Below the pieces are notes generated by a model. The model did not search any database. It worked only from the letters and a program-made list of their open reading frames with translations, and had not been told where the DNA came from. This document shows positions 19,369-28,830 of a DNA stretch of 52,881 bases, piece by piece. Source of the DNA: a virus. Taxonomy: Duplodnaviria; Caudoviricetes. The DNA is taken from the IMG/VR virus record IMGVR_UViG_3300020446_000014, positions 1 through 52,881 of that record; one strand, given 5' to 3'. Each line of letters begins with the position of its first letter. Positions within the stretch are counted from its first letter, which is position 1. The position numbers and the translations under genes were made by a program.

Positions 19369-19686
19369 TTAGAATGGTAAATCCTCTTCTTTAGTATTGC
19401 TTATACTTTGTAACATTTCCACATTAGATTGTTCAGGTCGTGGTGGAGGTGAAGGAAATTCACCGTTAGTCCATACAACTTGTACATTACCTAAATATGT
19501 TTTGTCAACCTTTGTTTCCCGCTCTTCTTTAGTTTGTGAAACTATTACAGGTCCTTGATTTCCAAATTGATCGACTTCATCATTTACTGTAATTGTAATA
19601 GGTAAGTATTTACCTTTTTTACCTTCTATGATTTTGTCTTTTGGTATATTGGTTAAATTAATACTTGTTTTAATAATTCCTGCCAT
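19369..19686 (-). CDS. Putative single-stranded DNA-binding protein
   Basis: Acidic EEDLPF tail; between the recombination genes and the primase. Confidence 0.65.
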   Translation of the reverse strand: MAGIIKTSINLTNIPKDKIIEGKKGKYLPITITVNDEVDQFGNQGPVIVSQTKEERETKVDKTYLGNVQVVWTNGEFPSPPPRPEQSNVEMLQSISNTKEEDLPF

Positions 19687-19688
19687 TT

Positions 19689-20417
19689 TTATAATGTTTG
19701 GTTAATAAAATAGTTTTCTGGTTTAAAATTCTCTGTTTTGTAAAACAGCTCATACACATCAGTTGCTTTTTGTACTTTATCTAATCCTGTTTGATAAAAT
19801 TTATCAGACACATCAAATAAACCTAACTGATGAGTATTCTTATCTACAACGATAAACAAAAAGTCATAATTAAATAACTTACTATAAACATAGGCTTGAC
19901 TGTCATAATTATAACGTTTTGCACTATATTTAAATGATTGAATATCATTTGTAGTCTTGAGATCAATAATTAATCTCTCATCGTGATTTATAATATCCGC
20001 TTTGCCTTTCCACATATTATTTTCAATTTCAATAACACCTGGAACTTCATACTCAACATTGCCCGTAATTAATTTATTTATAATTTCATTGTTAAGCATT
20101 TTGTCTCGCATTACTTCTATTTGATCAACTTCATGTTGCAATAAACATAATTCACCTCCAGATAACTCCTTGTAATTCTTAGTGTTACGGGTAGAGCTAT
20201 CTATAACTTTATATTTCTTAAGCTTATCAGGCTCAAGAATACACGTGTGAAAATATCCTCCGACTAAAAAAGCGGGTGATGGTTTACTGGGTTTTTTAAA
20301 GTTGAGCGGATTTGTAAGTAATACGGAAATATCTGAATTGCTTAGAAACTTTTTACCATAATCACCATAATAATGATTATCGTCTCTTAGCTTTTCAATT
20401 ATTTCATCTTGGCTCAT
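19689..20417 (-). CDS. RecE/DUF3799-like PD-(D/E)XK exonuclease
   Basis: LSNS, G..FH..ILEP, KGKAD, IDLKTT and Y..QAY.Y motifs. Confidence 0.85.
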   Translation of the reverse strand: MSQDEIIEKLRDDNHYYGDYGKKFLSNSDISVLLTNPLNFKKPSKPSPAFLVGGYFHTCILEPDKLKKYKVIDSSTRNTKNYKELSGGELCLLQHEVDQIEVMRDKMLNNEIINKLITGNVEYEVPGVIEIENNMWKGKADIINHDERLIIDLKTTNDIQSFKYSAKRYNYDSQAYVYSKLFNYDFLFIVVDKNTHQLGLFDVSDKFYQTGLDKVQKATDVYELFYKTENFKPENYFINQTL

Positions 20418-20949
20418 GCACTTTTAATGTTAACATATCATCACTTTTTACATCATATTTACTTAATATTGCATCAACTGCCCCTCCTGATTCAACAAAA
20501 CTAATTGCTTTTGTCCAGTTTTCTGTTCCTTTAATTAATTTAGGTTTAGATTTACTAGACTTATTATGCGTATTTGTTGCATCTGAATCTGCAGTATCAT
20601 CAATAAGTAATAGATTACCAAGCGCATATTTTTTACCATAAGAAGATGCTGAACCAAATTGCTGAGGTACTTGCATTCCTTTCTGATTAAAATCTACGCC
20701 AACTAGTGCGGTTGCCGTAATAAAGTTTGCACCATCTGCATCAAATACAGTTGCTGCCGACTCGATAACGCCATCGCCTAGGTACTTCTCATTAACAGTA
20801 AAGTATACTGAATACTTTTTGTTAAATGGTTTAAGTGCTTCAAGAATGTCTTCGGCAGATCTGAAGTTGTACTTGCCGAAAGAGTTATATCGTGATTTTT
20901 TAGACTTAAACTCTTGTTGTATTAAACTTAATTTCTCATGAATAGTCAT
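20404..20949 (-). CDS. ERF-family single-strand annealing protein
   Basis: YNFRSAEDILEALKP and GSASSYGKKYAL.....D..DSD signature. Confidence 0.9.
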   Translation of the reverse strand: MTIHEKLSLIQQEFKSKKSRYNSFGKYNFRSAEDILEALKPFNKKYSVYFTVNEKYLGDGVIESAATVFDADGANFITATALVGVDFNQKGMQVPQQFGSASSYGKKYALGNLLLIDDTADSDATNTHNKSSKSKPKLIKGTENWTKAISFVESGGAVDAILSKYDVKSDDMLTLKVHEPR

Positions 20950-20979
20950 ATAATATATATTACGTATTAATGGTTAAAC

Positions 20980-21723
20980 TTATAGAAAATCAACTACTTG
21001 CGCGGGATCAACGCTGTCAATTAATTTATTTATTGCATCCCTTTTTATTTGTGATATTCTCACATATGACGCAGAGCCTTTTATATTTAATTTATCTGCT
21101 ATTTCTTTTGCGGACATTTTTCCACAATCTAGGCCATAACTCATTCTTAATACATCATATTCTTTTATAGTAAGATGAGACTCCATTATAGATAATAAAT
21201 ATTTATTCATTATATCTATATTATACTCTTTTGAATTATCTGGTATTTCATAAAAAGTATTATTATCTTGATCTGTTTCATCAATAGAATAAAATACACT
21301 ATTGAAAAACATTTGTACTGTTTTTTTATCTGTTTCAGAGTTCTTACGTATATCATTTAATTTATGCTCAGGTATACGTATGTTACCCCTATTAATATCA
21401 ATAGCTCTTCTTATAGCACCTTTTATTCTTTTAGATAAGAAACTATTTAAAGTTCTTTCTGGTTCAGTTGAATCTGTTATTTGATTCCAATCTATTTTAT
21501 CTACTGCTGCTATCAAACCTATTGTTCCTTCTTGTATTAAATCATTTATTGTCATCACTCCAGATGCTTGTTGTGATGTTGAAAATTTTCTTGCTATTGT
21601 TTCAACTAAACTTATATGTGATATAATTAAATCTTGTCTGCTGTCTCCTGTGTCAGGTATATTTCCATAAGATGCAATGTCATGCTTAAATCTAACATAA
21701 TTTGCAATATTATATTTCTTCAT
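20980..21723 (-). CDS. Phage RNA polymerase sigma-70-family factor
   Basis: Region 2 (DLIQEGTIGLIAAVDK, IKGAIRRAI, IRIP) and region 4 HTH (EIADKLNI...VRISQIKRDAINKL). Confidence 0.9.
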   Translation of the reverse strand: MKKYNIANYVRFKHDIASYGNIPDTGDSRQDLIISHISLVETIARKFSTSQQASGVMTINDLIQEGTIGLIAAVDKIDWNQITDSTEPERTLNSFLSKRIKGAIRRAIDINRGNIRIPEHKLNDIRKNSETDKKTVQMFFNSVFYSIDETDQDNNTFYEIPDNSKEYNIDIMNKYLLSIMESHLTIKEYDVLRMSYGLDCGKMSAKEIADKLNIKGSASYVRISQIKRDAINKLIDSVDPAQVVDFL

Positions 21724-22327
21724 TTAATAACGCCTTTTCTTTTTTTATTTCAGCGGTTATATTTCTATATATTGTTCTTGTTGAAACATCTAATACATTT
21801 GCTATTTTACTTATTGTTATCCTATTATTGTTTTCATGTATTCCTAACATTGCTTCATAAATATCTGGTGGCTCGGCTTTTTTTCTTTTACCTATTATAC
21901 TACCAACTATTTTTAATTTTTCTATTGATGTTAATCCAGAACCTTCTTTAAAAATAATTTTACGCATTTTATTTTTTGGAGGTGCTTCTAAGTCTTGTTC
22001 AAAGACTTCATCAACTAAATTTTTAATACTTATATTATTTAGTTTTATAGTAACAAATCCATTGTCCTTATCTGCAAGATAGTGCGTTAATTCCGAAAAA
22101 TCATCATATGTCATATGTTTATTTAAATACCATAATACTAATAAATGCCATTTAAATGATTTATAAGACGTTATCATAGCTTTAGATCTAAATAATTCAT
22201 AGCACTCGTATGTACCATTTTCATAAAAGTTACCCCAACTAAAAATTTCAGAAGGGGTATCAGTTATAGGTCCGCGTCGATATATGATGCGTCTTCGATG
22301 TAGATATTCGAGATTTCTATGTGACAT
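21710..22327 (-). CDS. DNA-binding protein with C-terminal HTH (candidate replication initiator or regulator)
   Basis: ITISKIANVLDVSTRTIYRNI helix-turn-helix; first gene of the replication operon. Confidence 0.7.
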   Translation of the reverse strand: MSHRNLEYLHRRRIIYRRGPITDTPSEIFSWGNFYENGTYECYELFRSKAMITSYKSFKWHLLVLWYLNKHMTYDDFSELTHYLADKDNGFVTIKLNNISIKNLVDEVFEQDLEAPPKNKMRKIIFKEGSGLTSIEKLKIVGSIIGKRKKAEPPDIYEAMLGIHENNNRITISKIANVLDVSTRTIYRNITAEIKKEKALLNEEI

Positions 22328-22365
22328 TAGCCTACTACTATATTATATTAATTTGCTATCGTCGC
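22321..22365 (-). promoter_or_regulatory. 45-bp dyad element, copy A
   Basis: GTGACATTAGC-N23-GCTATCGTCGC; its reverse complement matches 29047-29091 at 34/45 positions; overlaps the start codon of the HTH gene. Confidence 0.7.
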
Positions 22366-22368
22366 TAT

Positions 22369-22578
22369 TTAAAACAATATCATATTTAAATGTTTTCTGT
22401 ATTGTTTCATTCTGCTTCCAATAGCTTGAATTTCTTTTACTTTGCTATTTAATTGTTTACCTTTTAAATCTGATAGTTCTAACGAACTTTTAGACAATTT
22501 TCTATGCAGGAACAGTACATGGTCCCTAACGAGTGTTACGTGTTTTGTTTTTCTGCTTTGTAATTTTTCTAAAATCAT
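22369..22578 (-). CDS. Hypothetical basic coiled-coil protein
   Basis: 69-aa ORF in operon orientation. Confidence 0.55.
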   Translation of the reverse strand: MILEKLQSRKTKHVTLVRDHVLFLHRKLSKSSLELSDLKGKQLNSKVKEIQAIGSRMKQYRKHLNMILF

Positions 22579-22644
22579 TAATTTTGGTTTTTATATTAGC
22601 GTAATTATTAGAAATAATGTGCTTATAAATTTTGATCGCCTTCA

Positions 22645-22797
22645 TTAACAAACTTTCACAATATCAATCGAAGCTTCGCTACTAAAATATTTTAATATAT
22701 CATTTATAGCTTTCTCTTGTACATGCAAGGGTACTACAGTATTAATTAAATATTTTTTATGGCCATAAACAGGGCAATCTATTATAAGCTCACTCAT
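22645..22797 (-). CDS. Hypothetical protein, 50 aa (MSELIIDCPVYGHK...)
   Basis: Complete ORF with TAATG coupling; not in the ORF track. Confidence 0.5.
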   Translation of the reverse strand: MSELIIDCPVYGHKKYLINTVVPLHVQEKAINDILKYFSSEASIDIVKVC

Positions 22798-23072
22798 TAT
22801 AGTTTATTTATTTTAATTCTCAATATTCTAATTTTATTTTTAATTATTTCAGCTTTTTCATAATCTTCATTTTCTACATATGTATTAAGTAGATTTTCAA
22901 GTTTATGAAGCTCATATCCATAATATTCAATTTCTGATACTTGAGTATTATTACCAAATTCATCAGACACCATAAACGTTTGTGTATTTTTTTCAAACTT
23001 TTCTTGATGTTTAATTAATTTTTGAAATAACGACTCAGCTATTTGTTCGATTTCTTGTTTGCTTAAGGCCAT
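22797..23072 (-). CDS. Protein with a C-terminal UvrB/UvrC-type coiled-coil motif
   Basis: YVENEDYEKAEIIKNKI. Confidence 0.65.
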   Translation of the reverse strand: MALSKQEIEQIAESLFQKLIKHQEKFEKNTQTFMVSDEFGNNTQVSEIEYYGYELHKLENLLNTYVENEDYEKAEIIKNKIRILRIKINKL

Positions 23073-23088
23073 AAAAATAATATATTAC

Positions 23089-23292
23089 CTATTCTAATGT
23101 GTTATTTAACAATTTATACAGATCTAATTTGGTTTCAACGATTGACTCGCAGGCTTTGATAATGTCGTGTATAGCATTGCATTCGGGCATATCTAATTCA
23201 GTATCAGCTAAGTTACCGACTTCAAAATCATTTACAAAATTCCAAAGATTAGTTGCTGTTTCAGTTATATTATTTTTTATATGCATATTCAT
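23089..23292 (-). CDS. Hypothetical protein
   Basis: 67-aa ORF. Confidence 0.55.
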   Translation of the reverse strand: MNMHIKNNITETATNLWNFVNDFEVGNLADTELDMPECNAIHDIIKACESIVETKLDLYKLLNNTLE

Positions 23293-23503
23293 ATTTGTTC
23301 GCTTTTATAATGTGTTTATTAATAAACTTACCTATTGATCTAGAATTACGCATTCCTTCAAAAATAAATGGTTCTACACCAATATAACTATAAGTTTTTC
23401 CATTATTAAATTTCAGATCTAATATTTCATTAGCAAAATCATATTTAGCTTTTGTTATAGCCATTGAGTTTACATGTACTACTTCTTTATTTAATTTAAT
23501 CAT
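23270..23503 (-). CDS. KTSC-domain protein
   Basis: SMAI....YD....L..F.NG..Y.Y.GV.......S.S.GKF.N..I pattern. Confidence 0.85.
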   Translation of the reverse strand: MIKLNKEVVHVNSMAITKAKYDFANEILDLKFNNGKTYSYIGVEPFIFEGMRNSRSIGKFINKHIIKANKYEYAYKK

Positions 23504-23702
23504 AATGTTTTGATTTTTGATATTTAATTAATTTCATTCTTATTCTATTTTTGTCCCAGTATTCAATTGTTTTATCCTGTAATAACCTATGCTTAGTATA
23601 GTGCCGAGGATCACTAAAATCGTATCCAACACGATAACCTTCTTCATACATTGTTTTAACAATTGTATATACTTCTTTAGGATCTAATACTCTAACTCCC
23701 AT
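23496..23702 (-). CDS. Hypothetical protein
   Basis: 68-aa ORF overlapping its neighbours. Confidence 0.55.
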   Translation of the reverse strand: MGVRVLDPKEVYTIVKTMYEEGYRVGYDFSDPRHYTKHRLLQDKTIEYWDKNRIRMKLIKYQKSKHYD

Positions 23703-24090
23703 TTCTTAATAATTGATTTAGTTTTTGTTCTAATATATTTATGCGCTCCATAACATCTTTAAAACTAGGTGGAGGTTGAGGAGGTACATAGTGTTCATCT
23801 AAATCACTATATATTTTATTATATACAGTGTTCATATAGCTATCATATTTAGCTTCAGTATCAAACTTTTTTAAACCATTAAGTACAGTTGCGTGATCTC
23901 TCTTTACAGCTCTACCAATAGCAGCTAAGCTTGAATAACTACAAAACTTACGTGCTAGTTTAAAATATATAAATCTAGCTTGCGATAATTCACGTGTACG
24001 TTTTTTAGTTTTTAGGTTAAATAGATTTAATTCATCTTCAACCATTTTAAGTATATCTGTAGGTCTTGCGACTCTTGTTTTTGTTTTCAT
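23692..24090 (-). CDS. Stand-alone DnaA domain IV (C-terminal HTH)-like protein
   Basis: KKRTRELSQARFI...SLAAIGRAVKRDHATVLNG; probable start MKTKTR at 24090. Confidence 0.8.
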   Translation of the reverse strand: MKTKTRVARPTDILKMVEDELNLFNLKTKKRTRELSQARFIYFKLARKFCSYSSLAAIGRAVKRDHATVLNGLKKFDTEAKYDSYMNTVYNKIYSDLDEHYVPPQPPPSFKDVMERINILEQKLNQLLRNGS

Positions 24091-24096
24091 ATTTAT

Positions 24097-24128
24097 ATTA
24101 TCCATTTATATTCGTGTTTACCTTGTAA
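24097..24128 (-). promoter_or_regulatory. Early promoter-like motif, copy 1
   Basis: + strand ATTATCC-N8-TCGTGTT-N5-TGTAA. Confidence 0.8.
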
Positions 24129-24321
24129 TTGTCCAAAGTTTGTTGTGTACAAATTTCGTTTTGTACGAACGTTTACCAGCTATAATAATATCTTGATGTT
24201 TTAGATATTCTTTTAAAGTAAATGGCTTACATTCACCGTGAATAGCTTTTTGTTTAGCCCATTGTTTTGCTTTGGCTTTTCTTTTATCTTTAACGTATTG
24301 TTTTAATTCTTGTATTGTCAT
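24118..24321 (-). CDS. Hypothetical basic protein
   Basis: 67-aa ORF. Confidence 0.55.
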   Translation of the reverse strand: MTIQELKQYVKDKRKAKAKQWAKQKAIHGECKPFTLKEYLKHQDIIIAGKRSYKTKFVHNKLWTITR

Positions 24322-24472
24322 TTCTTTTTAATTATAGTTAAACCTTTTTTTCCAAAAGTATTTTTATATCCAAATTCATAGCCATCAGCTAATTCATATT
24401 TGATATTTTTTGCTGGAGGTATATTAGCACGACCTCCCATATATTTATCTATGAGGTATTGTTCTATATTCA

Positions 24473-24733
24473 TTATGATAATTGTTTTGCTTTATAAACT
24501 GTATATGGTTCAAGGGATTTAATTGGCATCCTATATTTAGATTCATCAATAAGTTTAGCCATTCTAATCCATACTCTTAAGTCTCTAATGTCACCCATAA
24601 TTCTTTTATAATTTAATTCAGGCCACATACCTTTGTGTCTTTCTTTAAACCCTTCTCGTATATTCAAACGGTAGTTAGCTATTTTTGATATGAGCATTGA
24701 TTCAATGCGATCGTCTATATATGTGTTATCCAT
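24473..24733 (-). CDS. Hypothetical protein
   Basis: 86-aa ORF downstream of the tRNA. Confidence 0.55.
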   Translation of the reverse strand: MDNTYIDDRIESMLISKIANYRLNIREGFKERHKGMWPELNYKRIMGDIRDLRVWIRMAKLIDESKYRMPIKSLEPYTVYKAKQLS

Positions 24734-24753
24734 TTTATTTAATTTAAAATTAG

Positions 24754-24826
24754 TTGCGCGGGCAGGATTCGAACCTGCGACCTCAGGGTTATGAGCCCTG
24801 CGAGCTGGCCACTGCTCTACCGCGCT
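24754..24826 (-). tRNA. tRNA-Met(CAT), initiator type; CCA not encoded
   Basis: AGCGCGG acceptor stem with an unpaired 1:72 position, anticodon arm CAGGG-CTCATAA-CCCTG (three G-C pairs), T-arm GCAGG-TTCGAAT-CCTGC. Confidence 0.93.
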
Positions 24827-24830
24827 AAAA

Positions 24831-25106
24831 GTTAGGGAATTGTTTAGTTCACTGTGGGCTCGCTTCTGAACGAAGTTACATCGCCTCCCCTAAACTTTTC
24901 CCTATATAATAACAGACGAGGTAGGTTTATTTCCACAGAGCCTACATTGTCATCACTTTATGCAACCCTCACCTTTGCTTTTCGTTTACTCTCCCATGCT
25001 AGCCAAGAGGTACGCCGGTTTTTTTGGGTTACTGTGGCCCGTCTGTATAAGATGCCCGATAGCTATATTAACTGAGGGAAATTCTAAAAAACCTCAACTA
25101 CCGGGC
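24831..25106 (-). ncRNA. Putative structured ncRNA (three domains, one pseudoknot) upstream of the tRNA
   Basis: GC-enriched region with no credible ORF; several complementary arms whose mismatches read as G.U pairs on the minus strand. Confidence 0.6.
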
Positions 25107-25137
25107 GGTTGAACACACACACAATTTGAAAAAAAGT

Positions 25138-26037
25138 TTATAATTGTTGATTAAGTATATAATTAATCACTTGCTTAGGTGTGCCCGTCATTTTATTTAT
25201 TTTGCCATGTTCGTCGTGAAATTCTAATTGATAGAAAGCTGGACGGTGTATAGCAAAAGGTGTATCATATTTGTTTCCTGCCATATTATTCATCTTTAGG
25301 TATATAATCATCTTCAGGTCGGTATTCAAATTTATCTCGCACGCGACCTTTTTGACTTGGTCTAGGTATACTATAACCTACGATCGGATTTATGTTGTGG
25401 TTCCAAAAGTCCCACGGCATTTCCTTTGTTTCAATTTTATCATCTAATATTCCCATAGGGTCATTATCAAATATTTCTTGTAATATTTTATCTTTTTTAT
25501 TCTTCGTCATCTTCGTTGTCTTTATGTTCTTCAATATAATCTTGTACTTCATACTCTGGTAAGTATATGTCTATGTCTGATATGTAAATGATTGCTTCAT
25601 TCATACCGTCATCTTCACCCACTTGTTTAATACGCTCAATAACTTGTTCAAATGATGGTTCATAATAGTATACATCATATTCAAAGTCTAAGTTGTGTGG
25701 GTCTTCAGTCATAACGTGTAGGTCATACCCGTCAGCTGTGTGCCATTCACCGATTTCAAGAGCGGTGCCTGATTTCCAATCTTCAGTTATTTCAGCTACT
25801 TTTAATAGCTGTGCTAATTGTTCTATATGTGTCATTTTAATATTCTTTTAATTTTTTAATTACTAATTGTCTTATATCTGTTATTGCTTCATTAAAATAA
25901 TCATCACTGAGTTCATCAACTTCTGTACCATCAACAGCCCATGCAATGCTATTATTAATGTGTTCATTTATTACGTCAGCAACGTTTGTTGCTATTTCAT
26001 CTAATTCTTTTTTCATAATATTTAATATTCTAAGCAT
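25138..26037 (-). CDS. Cluster of four small early hypothetical genes (25138-~25284, 25286-~25513, 25497-25835, 25837-~26016)
   Basis: Tightly packed minus-strand ORFs with A-rich leaders. Confidence 0.55.
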
Positions 26038-26110
26038 TCACCACAAATATCACAGAATTCAAATTCTTCTTCTGCCATTGGTTGAAAGCATATTTGACAA
26101 GTAAATTCAT

Positions 26111-26308
26111 TCATACTATTTCAAGATTTAGTTCACTAGCTACATAATTAATATGCTTTGTAGTTGTTGCGCTGTATGACCCTACACCTGGAACGTACCA
26201 GTTTAATCTGTATAGTTTGCCATCTTTTATTTCAGCAACGTGTGTGTCATATGATATAACGTCGTTGCCAATTATTTTTAGGTTTTGTTTGTATCTGTCT
26301 AATTTCAT
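26111..26308 (-). CDS. Early hypothetical protein (SYDTHVA...YSATTTKHINY type)
   Basis: 65-aa ORF in the early operon. Confidence 0.65.
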   Translation of the reverse strand: MKLDRYKQNLKIIGNDVISYDTHVAEIKDGKLYRLNWYVPGVGSYSATTTKHINYVASELNLEIV

Positions 26309-26309
26309 T

Positions 26310-26540
26310 TTATTTAGTATTTGTTGTTATTAATTCGCCATCTAGTTCAGCTTTGTCAATCCAAGCATGAAGCTTTACGGTCATGTATTCAATTACATCT
26401 TCAACGTCATATCCGTCTTCCCACATTTTAGGGACAAATTTTTCAAATGCATATCTTAAATCCCAGTCAGCATTTGTAAGGTTATCAATTCTTGTTACTT
26501 TTGATTGTATGTCTAAGTATGTTTGTATTTGTGTGTTCAT
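26310..26540 (-). CDS. Early hypothetical protein
   Basis: 76-aa ORF directly downstream of promoter-like motif copy 2. Confidence 0.65.
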   Translation of the reverse strand: MNTQIQTYLDIQSKVTRIDNLTNADWDLRYAFEKFVPKMWEDGYDVEDVIEYMTVKLHAWIDKAELDGELITTNTK

Positions 26541-26576
26541 AATATTTAATTTTAATTGTTATTGTTATTCATAATT

Positions 26577-26609
26577 ATTATCCGATTACTATCGTGTTAG
26601 GTCTGTAAA
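26577..26609 (-). promoter_or_regulatory. Early promoter-like motif, copy 2
   Basis: ATTATCC-gattacta-TCGTGTT-aggtc-TGTAAA. Confidence 0.8.
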
Positions 26610-26621
26610 AATGTATAGCAT

Positions 26622-27910
26622 TTAGCCAATGTATTGTAGTTCTTTTTTAACTTTCTTTAATATTTTAAAACTACTTTGTGCATTCTGCCATACGCCATAA
26701 TCAGGACCTAATTCAACTAAAGTGTTTATTGCTACTTTAGCATCCAGTAATAAGTCTTGAGCATTAGCTCTTGTTGTTTCTTGTTGTGTTTTCATATTAA
26801 TGTATTATCGGTTTGTTTTTATGGACCATCCATTCACAATTTGTAATGTTGTGGCCTAGTTCAGTTAGCTTTGATTCAAGGTCCTCATTATCTACATCCC
26901 ATACACTAATAGGATATTGACAGACATCACCTTGCTCAAAATCTAATACGGTTACATATTTCATTGGTTCTATCATATTATTTGTTTTAGGTTCCTGCAA
27001 ATGTCCAAGGATTATTTGCACAGTATTCATTAATTTCTTTCTCACGTTTTAATATATTTGGTAGGTCAACTAATGTGTCTTGAATACGCTGAGCACATTC
27101 TATGACGTTGTTCTCATTGACTTGAATTATACTATCACCCATGGCGGTTTTTAATCTTAATACTTTACCACCATAGAGTGCATTGTCTTCAAGTGTAAAA
27201 TACCATTCGCCGTTATGACTTGCATTGTAGCCAGGGAAATGGCCATCTAAAAATTGTTTTATTATGTATTCGTTAAGTGTTGTTCTTTTTGTATTCATCC
27301 TATATAATTTTTTTTGATTTGTTGTTTTAAATAATTGCGTCGAGTTAATAGTTTTTCGTTGGTGTATAGCAATTGACCTTGTTGGGCCAGTGGCATACCT
27401 TCGATTGATAACTCTTGTATCAATTCTAGTTTTGCTTCGACTGCTTTTAATTCATCTAATATTGTGTCCATTTATTTGTAATTTATAATTCCTCTTATAT
27501 CTTTTTCATCAAAGTCCCAGCGATTTAATATGCGCTTTACTATTTCATCTTCAGAGACGCCTTGGCGTTCCCATTTGTCTATTAGTTCTATTATATATTC
27601 TACTAGCATAATGTGTTTTTTATTTTGATTAGATTTGTTAATGTGTCTGTTATTGTTTCTTTTTTGCCATCAGCATATGTGATGTTGAGGTTAAACTTTT
27701 CTTTTATTAAACTACCTGTGATGTTCCAGTCAATTGTTTTTGTTTTCATTTTATATTTTTTATTAGATTATGTATTTCTTTTGTGTCTTTTATATGATAA
27801 TTAGAGTGGTACTTATCATTTACTTTTATTATTGTGTCTATTAGATAATCAAATTCTTTATCAGTGTAGTAAAGTTCAATTGATATTTTTTTAGTGTGTA
27901 TTTGTTTCAT
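26622..27910 (-). CDS. Cluster of tiny early hypothetical genes (e.g. 26622-26795, 26797-~26975, 26987-27298, 27746-27910)
   Basis: Consecutive 45-100 aa minus-strand ORFs, several below the track cut-off. Confidence 0.5.
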
Positions 27911-27935
27911 TTTGTTTTATTTAGTATTCAATTAT

Positions 27936-27968
27936 ATTATCCAATTTGATTCGTGTTTAGTTTGTAAA
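27936..27968 (-). promoter_or_regulatory. Early promoter-like motif, copy 3
   Basis: ATTATCC-aatttgat-TCGTGTT-tagtt-TGTAAA. Confidence 0.8.
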
Positions 27969-28379
27969 ATGTATAGCATTAGAGTTCAAATCTAGTATGT
28001 GCATAGTACACTTTAGTTGTATTGATATGGTTCCAGTGAGCATTTCTTGCAAAGGTTATTCTTGTTGGACCTTTAGAACCAAGTCTATACATAGTCATTT
28101 GTCTTTCAGTTTGCTTTGCTTGTCTTGCTAATTTTTTCTCTAATTTAGTTTTCATAAGGTGTGTATTTTATTTATTATTAAATTTTAGTTATGTGTTATT
28201 GTGCTTTGTCTCTGGTTATGTCAAAGAATTTATTGAGTAATATTTTCATATCTTGATGTGCTTGCTCAGGTAAATTATCAAAATCATCAGAGTTTAGTAA
28301 ATTTTCTAAAGCATATTCAATTAATTGTGATTGACTTTTTGTTAATTGCATTTTATTTTTATTTTATGTGTTCATATAT

Positions 28380-28412
28380 ATTATCCAGTTGAGGTCGTGT
28401 TTACTTTGTAAA
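28380..28412 (-). promoter_or_regulatory. Early promoter-like motif, copy 4
   Basis: ATTATCC-agttgagg-TCGTGTT-tactt-TGTAAA. Confidence 0.8.
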
Positions 28413-28558
28413 TTTCCAAGTAGCATTTTCAAATTCATCACAGTATTCACTGTCCCAAAGCATTTCTTCTAATACTTTATTAATTTCTTTTTTGCTTAAA
28501 TCTGTTTGTAGTGTAATAGTTATATTTTGCATTTTATTATATTTTTATGTTCTTATAT

Positions 28559-28591
28559 ATTATCCAATTCAGTTCGTGTTAACTCTGTAAA
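28559..28591 (-). promoter_or_regulatory. Early promoter-like motif, copy 5
   Basis: ATTATCC-aattcagt-TCGTGTT-aactc-TGTAAA. Confidence 0.8.
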
Positions 28592-28621
28592 AAACTCGCG
28601 GGCTCGCTGTGTCCGATGAGG

Positions 28622-28804
28622 TTAATAAGCTTTTGAAACTCTATTGTAAAACTCTTCAATTGCTTCATTATATTTCATTTCAATTCCACAATCTTTGAAT
28701 GCAAATTTTATTATCATTTTTTCCATTTCAATTTGTATTTTGCTGCCATAATAATTCTCATCATTTGCTAATAATTCTAATTCTTTTTTTATAATTTCTA
28801 ACAT
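28622..28804 (-). CDS. First early hypothetical gene
   Basis: 60-aa ORF downstream of motif copy 6. Confidence 0.6.
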   Translation of the reverse strand: MLEIIKKELELLANDENYYGSKIQIEMEKMIIKFAFKDCGIEMKYNEAIEEFYNRVSKAY

Positions 28805-28830
28805 AATTTTTATATTTTATTTACATTTAT

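Noticed and set aside
24925-24960. Hammerhead ribozyme (GUGAUGA...GAAA on the minus strand)
   Set aside because: The core C is replaced by G, stem II is only about 2 bp, and no stem III or cleavage triplet is found.
24854-25075. 73-aa + strand ORF over the structured region
   Set aside because: GTG start, antisense to all neighbouring genes, and better explained by RNA structure.
25112-25122. (AC)5 microsatellite
   Set aside because: Too short to support phase variation or any function.
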